DNA from: a bacterium
GTDB taxonomy: Bacteria > Electryoneota > Electryoneia > Electryoneales > Electryoneaceae
Direction of reading: 5' to 3'
Assembly (NCBI GenBank): GCA_963669175.1
Contig: OY769902.1
Span: forward strand, 2,848,001-2,912,000
Length of the DNA stretch: 64,000 bases
Part shown: one piece after another, positions 1 through 10,721 of the stretch
Layout of the letters: each line of letters begins with the position of its first letter
How positions within the stretch are numbered: position 1 is the first letter of the stretch
Notes under the pieces: model-generated
The model's database searches: none
Told to the model about the DNA's origin: nothing
Seen by the model: the letters and a program-made list of their open reading frames with translations, nothing else
Made by a program: the position numbers and the translations under genes

Positions 1-855
1 AGCAACCTGACCGCAGAATGGGCGTCAGTATTTGGGAAACGGTATAAGCTAGTCGTTTCAGAACGATCCATGTACGGCTGGTATCCCTACCAGATCAGCA
101 AGTACGGTTTTGCGCACCAGAATGTGATGAATCATGTTGCGGATTGGATGGTGTTGAATTCGCATCACAGTATGGAAAACCTGAAAAAATACGCACCTCT
201 GATGGTTCAAAAGGCATCCGTGATCTGGAATATTGCCGACCTGGAAACATTTCGACCTTTGCCAGGAAAAAAAGACCGTGGCAAGCCATTCCGGTTTGTT
301 GCCGTTTCGTCCTATCATCGGTGTAAGAATGCGCCACGAGTCGCTGGCGCTGTCCGCAGGCTGGTAGAGGATGGGTACACAGAGTTCAAAGTTACCTGGT
401 TGGGACGTATTCCAGAAAAACCGGAACCAGAGGATGAGTATCGCAAGGTTGACACATACCTGAAACGCCATGACCTGTCCAGGTACTTTGAGACACCGGG
501 ACGTCAATCCAATGTGCATGAGTATCTCCAGAAAGCTGACGCGCTCTTGCATGTTACCAAGTTCGAAGGATTACCGAACGCGGTAGTGGAAGGGATGGCC
601 AGCGGTCTGCCGATAGTGGCATCACGAGTCTCGGATGTGCCACGCATGGTTACAAATGGCGAAAACGGTTTCCTGTGCGATGCCTATGATGTTGATTCGA
701 TTGTTGCTGTTATGAAAAGCTGTATGGATTCGGAACAGGAGGATCTGGTCAGGATGGGGAGGGTATCGCGCCAACGTGCCGAAAGAATGTTCAACAAAGA
801 GCATTTCCTTGATAACTATGAAAATTTGTATGCAAGATTGCTTGCCTTCCGATAA
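1..855 (+). CDS. Glycosyltransferase family 4 (GT-B), 5'-truncated by the window edge
   Basis: Frame open from base 1; GT4 motif FEGLPNAVVEGMASGLPIVAS and NGENGFL. Confidence 0.9.
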   Translation, partial: SNLTAEWASVFGKRYKLVVSERSMYGWYPYQISKYGFAHQNVMNHVADWMVLNSHHSMENLKKYAPLMVQKASVIWNIADLETFRPLPGKKDRGKPFRFVAVSSYHRCKNAPRVAGAVRRLVEDGYTEFKVTWLGRIPEKPEPEDEYRKVDTYLKRHDLSRYFETPGRQSNVHEYLQKADALLHVTKFEGLPNAVVEGMASGLPIVASRVSDVPRMVTNGENGFLCDAYDVDSIVAVMKSCMDSEQEDLVRMGRVSRQRAERMFNKEHFLDNYENLYARLLAFR

Positions 856-932
856 ATCCTCTGTTCGTTTTTTGTAAACATCGTTTTTATATTGGGTTGC
901 ATATATAATGTTGTATAGGACAGCAATACTAC

Positions 933-980
933 GAGATCCCCGTTTGATCCCCGACAACATCATTCGGGGAGGGGATGACA
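933..980. repeat. REP-like hairpin of the GAGATCCC...GGGATGACA type
   Basis: Same ends as 20596-20638 and similar to the family-B arms. Confidence 0.5.
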
Positions 981-1192
981 TGATGCGACATTTTTGTCGA
1001 GTACTGCAATAATTGATCTTTCACGGATATGCTACATGACCATATGACGGATTAATAATGGGAATGGATTAAAGCAAAAACCGATTCTTATACATTGATA
1101 TTATTGGTAATAGAATGATTCGCTATGTTGTACTCATGAAATATTCGGGTTAATAATGAGAACCGCTCAGTTTCACATCGTCATTTCATGCC

Positions 1193-1229
1193 AAAGAAAA
1201 CCGGCAACGCCTTAAAGACGTTGCCGGTT
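1193..1229 (-). terminator. Rho-independent terminator of the C25 peptidase gene
   Basis: AACCGGCAACG/CGTTGCCGGTT stem followed by a U-rich tail on the minus strand. Confidence 0.75.
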
Positions 1230-1251
1230 GGTTGTTCAGGACAGATCAGGC

Positions 1252-4200
1252 TTACTTCATCAGGATCAGCCTCGTAGTCTCGTTGATCGGGCCAGCCTGG
1301 AAGTTGAGGAAGTACATACCGCTTGCCAGGTTGCTGCCGTCAAAGGTCAACTGGTGGAAACCGGCTTGCATGGGTTGGTTGGCCAGGGTGGCAACCTTCT
1401 GACCCAGCAAGTTAAACACAGTGGCCTTTACGACCGCTGTTTCCGGCAAGCCGAATTTAACCCGTGCAATGGGATTAAACGGATTCGGATAGGCGCCATC
1501 AAAGCTGAATTCTGTCGGCAGGTCATTAGTGGGTTGATCTCCTAATCCCTTGCCGTCGTCAACAATCATGGTCACATCAACCCATTCCTGGTCTTCAGTG
1601 CAGGCGTTATGACTGATCTCGACCGCAACTGTGAATGTATCGGCCGGAAGACCATAGGAATGCAACCGGAGCTCAACCGTCTCCGTCTCACCAGCCGCTA
1701 CTGTGCCAGTTGGGTTCTGGATGCTGATCCAGTTGGAGTATGTGTCGATTTCCCACAAGTCAACCTTGTCAATATCACTGCTTTCCAGTATGCTGATATA
1801 TTGCCATACGGACGGATCCCACAGATAGGTAATATCACCGCCAGATGCAGTATAGCCATCATCACAAAGGAAAGTATGTACCGGACGCAGGTCGCCCGTG
1901 GTTGGGTTCATCTTGATGATATTGACTTCAGCTTCACCGCTCGCCTGGCCGATGAAGTAAACACTGTAGCCATCATCATCTTCCGGGAACCAACCGCCAC
2001 CACGAGGATAGAAAGTCTGGGTGAATTCATAAAGGATACCGGTGCTGTCGGGATTGATCACACGAATTTGAGTCCCGTAATCACCCACGTAGAAGTTGTA
2101 GGTATTCGGATCAAGGACAATATACCGTGCCGGGTTTGCAGGGATATCCCAGCTATCGACCGAAGTCCAACTGTCGCCGTCAAACTCCATCTGGTACATG
2201 ATACCATTATCCGCCGCATACAGGTATTCGCCATCCCAGGCCATGCCAAAGAATCCCTGGCTGCTGCGATCTGAAGCAGGTACCGGTTGATCAAATGTAG
2301 CGACATAGCTACCATTCTCATCGTACTGATACAACTTGTTCGGACCAGCGACATCATAATTGTCCGAACCACTTACCCAGAAAAATTCACCGTCGAAGAT
2401 CACACCATGATAGCGTGTCTCTATCGCGCTGAGCTCGAATTCACCAATAACATCCCAGTTCTCATCCAGTTCATTACCACTTCGAACTGGTCCACGGTTG
2501 CCATTATCGCCTCCGCTATTGAGCATTGCCTCATTTGGGAAATGGAGGCTTGCGTCGTAGTACAAGGGGCCGTTGCCATCGTTTGTGATGTCAAACTGCA
2601 TGACCATTTCTGAATCCGGAGGCGCTACAATGGACAGTTCTGTTGTGGACAAATCGAATTCGGGATGTGTGAGGCTGGCGCTGGCTTCAGTATTGGCGCC
2701 ATCTAACACCTCAACGCCATCAAGGGTCACCGGATTGTAACAGTCGGCTTCAATGACAAAATCATGTACACCGACAAACATGTCCTCAATAAGGTATTCA
2801 CCCTGCGCGTCTGTGACTCCGCTGAACAACCAGTTCGAAGTGTGAACGCAAGCGCCTTCGATCGGACTGTTGGTTTCCGAGTCGGTTACGGTTCCGTATA
2901 CACCACCGAACGGGATTGCGGTGTTCGTAGTAAACTTAATCGCGCGGCCTTCAGTAATCGCGGAAGAGCCAGGCGAGTATTCGTTCCAATACGCTACAAG
3001 CAAACCATCGGTCTGATCGCCGTTCTCGATCCCCGTGGTCCAGTAAGGCACGTCAAAGCTCATACCGCCAGAGGAATGATCGCATTCACCGTACTGGAAT
3101 ACGAACTCGTTATCACCGGTTCGTGTGGGATACATTTCTGTATCGTAGAAAATGACTTCAAAAGTGCTTTCGTATGAAGTATTATGATGCCGCATCTTGT
3201 AAAATTCGAAGATCATGCGGCCATCGTCTTCATCGTGGTAGTACAGGATTTTGCAATCGCCGTTTGTTTGCAGGTTATCCCAGTAAGGGGCAATCATGTC
3301 GTTCGGACCGCCTGGCGTAGGAATGCTCCAGTTACGGTTGTTGCAGATGCTGGGCTGCAAGCCCAGCGCCAGGAAGCCATTGGTGGTAATGGAGATATAG
3401 TCGAATGTCTGGCCGTAATAGGTAATCGGGAATCCATGAACCTCCAGGTTCAGCGTATCACCTTCATCGTCATCTTCTGAAAGGTCTTCAATATCAATCT
3501 CGATGCCTTCGAAGTCATAACCGTTTACGGCAGAATTGATCTCAACCCAATCAAAAGTTGGAGCGTATTCATAGTCAGTGTCGACATTTTCAAATCCCAT
3601 ATACCCGTAGTTGTCCGGGCCGATAGGATCTGTTGGGGCACGTTCACCGAATATGATGTTTGCATAAGCCGTATCAACCTGTCCCGTTTCAGTAGTCACG
3701 ACCAGCATGGTTTTTGCGCTGTAACCGGGGAAACCATCTTCAAGCGCCGCAACCGTGAATTCAGAGGTCACGTTTTCTTCGTTGATCTCGATTGCAGGAA
3801 CAGTGCCGGTTGGTTGAGTGACGCGCAACCAGGGATCCATGCTGACAAGCAGTGCTGTACCAGCGGCGCCATCGCTCAATCCGGCATTACCCAGGGTGAA
3901 TGCTACGTTTTGGACTGTACCGGGTTGAAGTTCGCCTGAAAAGGCTGCCTGTGTAACCACAAAGTTGGGGGCCGACAGTGACATCTCTATCCCGTCTGTC
4001 ACTGTTCCAGCAGATGTTTCAATAGTGAAATGTACCGGTACAATCCACCTGTCCTGAGCAGCGGGAGCGATCTCAACGATAATCAGCCCTGAGCCAAGAG
4101 AAGTCTGGTTCTGCTCGAGCGACGCCAGGGTGATTTCGCCAAAAGTATCTGTGATGTAAGGATCATCAATATCGCCTGTCACAGATATGTCAGTTAAGGT

Positions 4201-6333
4201 CTCATTGCCGTAATTCTTCAGCGTCATCTGGATGCCGATACGTTCACCTGCTTCAGGAATACCATCCCCGTCGCCAATGGTGCCGGTCATGCCATTATCA
4301 ATGAATTCAAAATCACTGTAGCCGACTGAACCGCCAATGACACCAACGCTGACATCAACCTGTGTCGGTGCGAAATTCAGCTTGGTTACCGTTACTTTCG
4401 CTGCGCCGGCCGATATTACTTCCGGGTAGAATGTGACCTGACCGTTTGCATCGGTATACTTGGAAATCTGGACCTCGTCCTGACCGGAGTCCTTATAGAA
4501 TGTTACCCACGCATCTACTACAGGTTCGCCGTCCTCTTCCACGGTGACCGTATACTCACGTTGTCCGAGCGTAAGCGTTTCTGACGCTTCCACATCGAAT
4601 TGATGCGGGATATCTGTCCACATGTACACCAGTGGATCGCCCATGCAGTTGTACCAACGCAGGAAGCGATCCATTTCATTGTCACGGCCATTGTAGTTCA
4701 CATAACAGTTGACCTTGGAAACATACATCAGGTCGCCCGGGGTTGGGAATTGCATCTGGAGCATACCCCAGCCTGAAGCGCCTGACAATACATTGTTGAA
4801 GTTCGGGTGTGTCATTGCTGTGGACATGGCCATGCAGACAACACCACCACGAGGAGTGCCAACTGTTCCGTGAAGCATGAACGCTTCGCTGATTGCCAGA
4901 CCGCCTGACCAGCAACCTGTTGCGCACGTTACATCAATAACAACAGGCGTCATGTAATCGTTTTCAAGTTCGTACACTTCATCAATGCTCAAGCCCTGGC
5001 CATAGTAGCCACGTTCAGCATAGAGGCTGACACCATTATCAATGCATTCCTGTGCAAAGGGATCCTGGCCGCCCCAGTTGACTGTGTCTACCTGGGTAAA
5101 ACCAAGTTTGTTCAACAGCAGGTACTTGTAGTAACGGTGCATGATGATCTTGCTGATACCGCCGCCATTGGTGTTGGCACGGTTCAGCATGGCACGGAGG
5201 TACCAGTCGGTATTATCAAAATCAACATCACGTTCGTATAGGAGCAGTTTTGCTACATATGCGGCGGCCTGTGCGACTGTTTGCACGGAAATTCGACCGC
5301 TTCCAAGGTCGGCCAGGTTATCGTTGCCAACAAGGCAGCAATACGGTTGGTCGCCGTTGTCTTCACCGCAACCACCGGAACCTGCCGGGACAGCGAAGGC
5401 GCCCTGGTCATCACCGATTACTACGACGTAATCGTAAGGATCACGCATCGTTTCGTAGCGAGATATCAACTCATTACGAATGTTGGTGGCACTCCAGCCA
5501 ATATCACTGTCAGTAATGAAATCAAGGCGCCAGCCTTTTTCCCGCTTCCACTCGATCCAGTCTTCCATGGCAGTCCAAAGTGCGTCGTCATCAACCATGA
5601 CAACAGCGACTGTGCCATCGTAGAACTCGTAATCATTCAATTCATCCAGTTCCCAATCAAGGAATGCTTCGTACATGGGAACCATCCTGCGGCTCAATCG
5701 ATTCGGCCACTGCGCAAGTGTATTCCTGTCATCAACGCCTTCATAGCGGATCTGGACACGGATGGATGAATACACGCGCACTTCGTTACGCGCCGGATTG
5801 ACCTGAACCGGATAGGTCACGAGGTTTGCTACACGAAAATCGTGCATGATAGCCGGCTCGCCTACCTCAGCAAGCGTACCCGGATACCAGCTATCCTCGT
5901 TATTCGACACACTCGTATACTGAATCGCGGTTTCAGGGCCTTCGTTCAGCTCATCACTGAAAAGGGCCGCGTATTCAACGTCCGAATATGTCACATATTC
6001 AGATCCAATTACCTCGACGACTACGCCACTGCGCGGAGGAATACGGAATAACGATGCCGCAACGGGAACATAGGGCATGCCCGCATCATCAAGTGCGCCA
6101 CTCAGAGGAAACGCAGCAAATTCCAACTGGGAACCGTCTGCACCATCCACCCCAAGCCACGTGGGATCTTCAATGTCAAGGGTCGCAGTGATTCCGGACT
6201 CATCGACTTGGAGATCAACAACTTGAAATGGCTGGATTTGCTGGTTGGATACATCTGTCAGGTGGGGTGAATCTGCGGCAAAGGCTAGTCCAGCCAGAGC
6301 CAAAACAAGTAAAACCGTAATACAGATACGCAT
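1252..6333 (-). CDS. Gingipain-like peptidase C25 family protein with propeptide, Ig-like domains and T9SS C-terminal sorting domain
   Basis: Signal peptide; C25 motifs WKREKG, YVVVIGD, GRIS, DVTCATG, MGDP; C-terminal YPNPFNP...LASGMYF; GGAGG RBS. Confidence 0.9.
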   Translation of the reverse strand: MRICITVLLVLALAGLAFAADSPHLTDVSNQQIQPFQVVDLQVDESGITATLDIEDPTWLGVDGADGSQLEFAAFPLSGALDDAGMPYVPVAASLFRIPPRSGVVVEVIGSEYVTYSDVEYAALFSDELNEGPETAIQYTSVSNNEDSWYPGTLAEVGEPAIMHDFRVANLVTYPVQVNPARNEVRVYSSIRVQIRYEGVDDRNTLAQWPNRLSRRMVPMYEAFLDWELDELNDYEFYDGTVAVVMVDDDALWTAMEDWIEWKREKGWRLDFITDSDIGWSATNIRNELISRYETMRDPYDYVVVIGDDQGAFAVPAGSGGCGEDNGDQPYCCLVGNDNLADLGSGRISVQTVAQAAAYVAKLLLYERDVDFDNTDWYLRAMLNRANTNGGGISKIIMHRYYKYLLLNKLGFTQVDTVNWGGQDPFAQECIDNGVSLYAERGYYGQGLSIDEVYELENDYMTPVVIDVTCATGCWSGGLAISEAFMLHGTVGTPRGGVVCMAMSTAMTHPNFNNVLSGASGWGMLQMQFPTPGDLMYVSKVNCYVNYNGRDNEMDRFLRWYNCMGDPLVYMWTDIPHQFDVEASETLTLGQREYTVTVEEDGEPVVDAWVTFYKDSGQDEVQISKYTDANGQVTFYPEVISAGAAKVTVTKLNFAPTQVDVSVGVIGGSVGYSDFEFIDNGMTGTIGDGDGIPEAGERIGIQMTLKNYGNETLTDISVTGDIDDPYITDTFGEITLASLEQNQTSLGSGLIIVEIAPAAQDRWIVPVHFTIETSAGTVTDGIEMSLSAPNFVVTQAAFSGELQPGTVQNVAFTLGNAGLSDGAAGTALLVSMDPWLRVTQPTGTVPAIEINEENVTSEFTVAALEDGFPGYSAKTMLVVTTETGQVDTAYANIIFGERAPTDPIGPDNYGYMGFENVDTDYEYAPTFDWVEINSAVNGYDFEGIEIDIEDLSEDDDEGDTLNLEVHGFPITYYGQTFDYISITTNGFLALGLQPSICNNRNWSIPTPGGPNDMIAPYWDNLQTNGDCKILYYHDEDDGRMIFEFYKMRHHNTSYESTFEVIFYDTEMYPTRTGDNEFVFQYGECDHSSGGMSFDVPYWTTGIENGDQTDGLLVAYWNEYSPGSSAITEGRAIKFTTNTAIPFGGVYGTVTDSETNSPIEGACVHTSNWLFSGVTDAQGEYLIEDMFVGVHDFVIEADCYNPVTLDGVEVLDGANTEASASLTHPEFDLSTTELSIVAPPDSEMVMQFDITNDGNGPLYYDASLHFPNEAMLNSGGDNGNRGPVRSGNELDENWDVIGEFELSAIETRYHGVIFDGEFFWVSGSDNYDVAGPNKLYQYDENGSYVATFDQPVPASDRSSQGFFGMAWDGEYLYAADNGIMYQMEFDGDSWTSVDSWDIPANPARYIVLDPNTYNFYVGDYGTQIRVINPDSTGILYEFTQTFYPRGGGWFPEDDDGYSVYFIGQASGEAEVNIIKMNPTTGDLRPVHTFLCDDGYTASGGDITYLWDPSVWQYISILESSDIDKVDLWEIDTYSNWISIQNPTGTVAAGETETVELRLHSYGLPADTFTVAVEISHNACTEDQEWVDVTMIVDDGKGLGDQPTNDLPTEFSFDGAYPNPFNPIARVKFGLPETAVVKATVFNLLGQKVATLANQPMQAGFHQLTFDGSNLASGMYFLNFQAGPINETTRLILMK

Positions 6334-6756
6334 CGTTGTTCCTCCAAGGCAAAAGTAAGCTTTTCCTGGTTAACACGTCGTCGTCTATGAAAAGAACTCA
6401 ATCACGGAACTCGTTTTTGAAATTCCATACATCCAACTAAAATACGTCAAAGCTCAGCTTCATGCTCCCTTCTGCAACTATTTCTCAAAAAAATTGCAAA
6501 ATTTTACAGAAAAACAACGGCTCCCGAGACACTGTCCTGAGAACCTGAACCGGTTGGTACTATTCACTTTCTTCCTGTTTCATTTGACATAAGGGACGTT
6601 CATATTCTACCTTGAAAAGACCTGAATGGACAGAAGAATTCGTGTACAATTAAATCCTGTTACGAGTGGCTGTCAAATCCTGTTCTACAACATTGTTAAG
6701 GTTTTATCAGGATAAGGTAAAGTGGGCCTCAAAGGACAGGTAACCTTGCAGCAGGG

Positions 6757-7671
6757 ATGATCATGCACCTTTTCCAATGTGGTACCCGCCCGGGATCGAG
6801 ATTGGTCCTGGTCATTGTGTTGGCCATTCTCTTCTCTGTCGCCGGGGCAAAAGCTCAGGAAGTCAACATACATCCCATCATTGAACCACCGTTCCTGATC
6901 GGTGGGAAAGATACTGTGATGGCGCATGTGTATACCTATGATCTTTTTCCTGCGCCAGCGTTGGACTTGGACATCGATGGCGATGCGATTGTTCAGTTCA
7001 CTGTTGATACCTCCGGCTCACCCATCAATGTAGAGCTGTTCCAGGAACGTCCTGAGGGGCTGGGCTTCGGGGATTCTGCGGTAGTCGCAGTGAAGGCGCT
7101 ACGTTTCGTGGTTCCCCAGACACGGTTGCCCGATGGAAGTATCGGGAAGGCGCCGGTTCTTATGCAGCAGGTTGTACGGTTCCGTTGTGATGAGTACCGT
7201 GAATACAAACGCACCCACCCGAACGTCCGCCAGGTCACACGTCCAGCGCCTCCCGATCCGTCCGGTGCAATGGGCTGGCCGCTGCCGAATCCTGAACCAC
7301 CACCGCCGCCGCAGAAATCTGATTATTCGACGCCTGCAATGCCAGTTCAGGCGGAAGAGATGGGCATCGAACCGCAACTGGTCGGTGGGGAAGAGGCGCT
7401 GTACGAGTATATCCGTACCCACAACCTCTACCCGCAACAGGCCTGCGACGCCGCCATCGAGGGCGATGTCCTGCTGGAATACACCGTCACCCCACAAGGG
7501 CAGATTGTCGATATCAAGGTTGTGCAGGAACGCCCCAGTGGACTTGGCTTCGGTGATGCCGCCCGGAAAGCCATTGAAGCCATGAGCTACATTCCCGATA
7601 AAAGACAGGTGAAGGAAGAGTTGTATCTGAGAGTGAAGATGATTGTCAGGTTTGGTCCAGAAAATGGGTGA
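6757..7671 (+). CDS. TonB family protein with two TonB C-terminal domains
   Basis: Two copies of (I/E)GD..V.(F/Y)TV...G....V.QERP.GLGFGD.A..A joined by a Pro-rich linker. Confidence 0.8.
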   Translation: MIMHLFQCGTRPGSRLVLVIVLAILFSVAGAKAQEVNIHPIIEPPFLIGGKDTVMAHVYTYDLFPAPALDLDIDGDAIVQFTVDTSGSPINVELFQERPEGLGFGDSAVVAVKALRFVVPQTRLPDGSIGKAPVLMQQVVRFRCDEYREYKRTHPNVRQVTRPAPPDPSGAMGWPLPNPEPPPPPQKSDYSTPAMPVQAEEMGIEPQLVGGEEALYEYIRTHNLYPQQACDAAIEGDVLLEYTVTPQGQIVDIKVVQERPSGLGFGDAARKAIEAMSYIPDKRQVKEELYLRVKMIVRFGPENG

Positions 7672-7771
7672 ATGTAATGTTCGTGATAATGAACAGATTT
7701 TCATTGAATCTGGACAAAACACTACGCTATGTATATATTATTTACTTGAGATTGGATAACTGGGGTCGGTT

Positions 7772-8935
7772 GTGAGTCGGGCGATAATAAAACCAGAGAT
7801 GCTACGTTGGGCGCGTGAAAGGGCAAGTCTTTCCATAGACGCATTGGCCCACAAGATTAGCGTTAGTGCGCATGTGCTTGAAGCGTGTGAACGTGGAGAA
7901 CAGCAACTCACATTTCGCCAAGCACAGCTTCTTGCCAGTCGCACCCACATTCCATTTGGTATATTGTTTCTCCCACAGCCACCTGAGTTCAGGTTACCAG
8001 TTCCAGATTACCGAAGCAGAATAGACCCTTCTTACCAGGTACCAAGTCTTGAACTTTTCGATGTTCTTCATGATGCCCAACGAAAACAAGATTGGTTCAG
8101 GGACTACGCTCTAAAGCATGATTGGGAGCGACTAGAATTTGTAGGGAGTAGTCCTTCTAGTACGCCCGAGCAAATAGCCACCTCAATTCGTCGAGAACTA
8201 CATCTTGCTGTAGACTATGCCGATCAGTTTAAGCGATGGGAAGACACACTTCAATTTCTGATCAGCGCAGCAGAAGAAGCTCGTATTCTGGTCATCCGTA
8301 ACGGTATAGTTGGGAATAACACGCACCGCCAATTGGATGTTGACGAGTTCAGAGGGTTTGTACTTGTTGATGATATGGCGCCATTGGTATTCTTGAATGG
8401 CAAAGATGCCAAGTCCGCCCAGATGTTTACCCTGATTCATGAGCTTGCACATCTTTGGATTGGTAAAAGTGGATTGACAGATGCACCGATGGCATTGAGA
8501 AGTATAGACCATCCTGTTGAACGCATATGCAATCAGGTCGCAGCAGAAGTGCTTGCGCCACAGGAAATCTTTCTTACAAGCTGGGATAGGCATAATGCGC
8601 TTGTTGAGAACCTTGATAAACTTGCCAAACAGTTGAAAATAAGCCGTCTGGTCGTGATCAGTCGTGCGCTTGATCTGGAATTGATTTCCTGGGACGAACG
8701 GAACCGTTTTTGGGAAGAAGAGTGGGATCAGATTCGAGCGCGAGGCGAGATAAAATCCTCGGGGGGCGATTTCTATCCAACGCTACGTTTTCGTAATGGT
8801 CGTCTTCTTTCTGAAGCGATCCTGCGAGCTGTATGGAGCGGTGAAGCTCTATACCGAGATGCATTTCATTTATTAGGCTTGAAGAATAGCAACAGTCTTC
8901 GGAAGTATGCAGTCAGTCTGGGAGTGAGTAAATGA
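7772..8935 (+). CDS. XRE HTH + ImmA/IrrE metallopeptidase
   Basis: N-terminal HTH (LRWARER..LS); FTLIHELAHLW HExxH motif; E..CNQVAAEVL. Confidence 0.9.
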   Translation: MSRAIIKPEMLRWARERASLSIDALAHKISVSAHVLEACERGEQQLTFRQAQLLASRTHIPFGILFLPQPPEFRLPVPDYRSRIDPSYQVPSLELFDVLHDAQRKQDWFRDYALKHDWERLEFVGSSPSSTPEQIATSIRRELHLAVDYADQFKRWEDTLQFLISAAEEARILVIRNGIVGNNTHRQLDVDEFRGFVLVDDMAPLVFLNGKDAKSAQMFTLIHELAHLWIGKSGLTDAPMALRSIDHPVERICNQVAAEVLAPQEIFLTSWDRHNALVENLDKLAKQLKISRLVVISRALDLELISWDERNRFWEEEWDQIRARGEIKSSGGDFYPTLRFRNGRLLSEAILRAVWSGEALYRDAFHLLGLKNSNSLRKYAVSLGVSK

Positions 8936-9432
8936 TTTATCTCCTTGATGCGAATGTCTTTATAGAAGCCAAGAATCGTTATTACCGCTTTTCAATATGT
9001 CCAGGATTCTGGGATTGGCTTGAAAGTGATGGACCAGGTAAGTTGTTGTCAATCCGTCCGGTTCGCGAAGAATTATTGGCGGGGAAAGACGACCTGAAGG
9101 ACTTCATCGAAACCATACCTCTTGCTCGTTTTGCTGACATAACAGAACCGGAAACGCAATCCCATTTTGCAGAGATCGTTGCATGGATTGATCAGCAACA
9201 CTACACCGATGCAGCTAAAGTGAAATTCCTATCAGGCGCTGATCCATGGTTGGTGGCACATGCAATATCTCTAAATGAAGTCGATGATTGTACTGTAGTC
9301 ACGCATGAGCAGTCAGACCTGCTAAGTAAAAGGAGAATTTTTATTCCTGATATGTGTAATCGTTTTGACATAAAATATTGTGATACTTTTGATTATCTTG
9401 AATACTACAACGTTGCATTCAAATATAAATAG
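8932..9432 (+). CDS. DUF4411-type PIN-domain protein
   Basis: YLLDANVFIEAKNRYY, ADPWLVAHA, VVTHE, IPDMC; start overlaps upstream stop. Confidence 0.85.
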   Translation: MIYLLDANVFIEAKNRYYRFSICPGFWDWLESDGPGKLLSIRPVREELLAGKDDLKDFIETIPLARFADITEPETQSHFAEIVAWIDQQHYTDAAKVKFLSGADPWLVAHAISLNEVDDCTVVTHEQSDLLSKRRIFIPDMCNRFDIKYCDTFDYLEYYNVAFKYK

Positions 9433-9498
9433 CTACAAAAATATTGTATCCTTGGGAGTGATTAATGCAATTTACCCCTGTTTCATGTCGATCAAGGT

Positions 9499-9545
9499 TT
9501 ATATTTATTCAAAATAAACCCTGATTTCACAGCAATCAAGGGCAG
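9499..9545. repeat. Direct repeat, copy 1, flanking the DUF2971-like gene
   Basis: 47 bp with 5 mismatches to 10521-10567. Confidence 0.75.
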
Positions 9546-9592
9546 TAAAAAGTAGAATATTTGCACTATTCGATACCATTTTGGAGGGAAAA

Positions 9593-10273
9593 ATGATTTA
9601 TCATTATACTTCGATAGAAACATTAGCTTTGATTCTAGATACTAAAAAGATACGATTTACAAGATTAGATCTAGTAAACGATCCTGAAGAAGCATTAAAC
9701 GAAGAAAATATTGATATAAGAAAAAATATTATGGTTTCGTGCTGGACAAAAGAAAGTGAAGAAAACATACCTATGTGGCATATGTATACAAATAAAAATG
9801 GAAGTGGCGTAAGAATAGGTGTTGAGGATGAAATAATTGAAACAAACAGAATGGTATCAAATAATTGTTGGTTATCTAAGATACAAAAAGTTAATTATAG
9901 TAATAATATAAATTGTTCTTTAATAAAAAATAATTTAATAAAATTACCTTTTAATGATAAGTATATATTGTATCCGGGTGGGATAGCGACAAATAAGAAG
10001 AAAGTGTGGAGTTTTGAAAGCGAAAAAAGATTTGTTATCGTATCTTCTGGTGTTATAAGAGGTGAGAATATTGATAATAATATGAAAATAAAAATAATGA
10101 TAGAAAATAAATTTAAAAGAAAGTATAAATATATTCGAGTGAATCGTAAACTGTTAAATAATATGAATATAATTATTGGGCCGGGATGTACAAAAGGAGA
10201 AAATATTGTTATCAATGCTCTGTGTGAAAAATATCATATAGTCAATGTAAAACAAAGTAATTTAAAAATTTAA
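9593..10273 (+). CDS. DUF2971-like protein, very AT-rich
   Basis: MIYHYTS..L..IL, NDPEE, VSCWT, E.IPMWHMY, GVRIG, WSFESEKRF; GGAGG RBS before ATG 9593. Confidence 0.8.
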   Translation: MIYHYTSIETLALILDTKKIRFTRLDLVNDPEEALNEENIDIRKNIMVSCWTKESEENIPMWHMYTNKNGSGVRIGVEDEIIETNRMVSNNCWLSKIQKVNYSNNINCSLIKNNLIKLPFNDKYILYPGGIATNKKKVWSFESEKRFVIVSSGVIRGENIDNNMKIKIMIENKFKRKYKYIRVNRKLLNNMNIIIGPGCTKGENIVINALCEKYHIVNVKQSNLKI

Positions 10274-10391
10274 ATCAAAAAAATGTAAAATAATCACTGT
10301 ATTGTATCGAAACATGGTTTATATAGCTACTCTTGAAAATAAACCGTCATGATGATAATCCAACGAACTCTTTAATGGTGACAGAGAAGAA

Positions 10392-10523
10392 GGATATGGA
10401 AAAAAGGGATAGTTTCCTTTTCCATGAATGCTTCAAGAGTATTCAATATAAACGCGAGGAAAAGGATCCCGTCCCCTTTCCCCGGCAATCTCCATTATGA
10501 CGGAAAATAATCGAGAATAATTA
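10392..10523 (+). repeat. Repeat family A, half copy (one doublet)
   Basis: Matches the 3' half of 26217-26450 and 47218-47446. Confidence 0.9.
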
Positions 10524-10567
10524 TACTTATTTAAGATAAACCCTGATTGCACAGCAATCAGGGGCAG
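10521..10567. repeat. Direct repeat, copy 2; contains the perfect hairpin CCCTGATTGC-ACA-GCAATCAGGG
   Basis: Similarity to 9499-9545. Confidence 0.75.
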
Positions 10568-10721
10568 GCAGTAGGGGAGTTCCGTTGTCAAATTGTTGAA
10601 TTGATAATGCGGTGAAACATGTACTGAGAACCCGGCTCCTTATCTGGAACCGGGTTGTAAGTTTTCCATCTATCCACAATCTATCTCGAACCACCCAATT
10701 CAGGATAAGACAATCCCAAAA

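Noticed and set aside
9499-10567. Classical integron attC cassette
   Set aside because: No clear RYYYAAC/GTTRRRY boxes and no integrase in the window; kept only as a generic direct-repeat finding.
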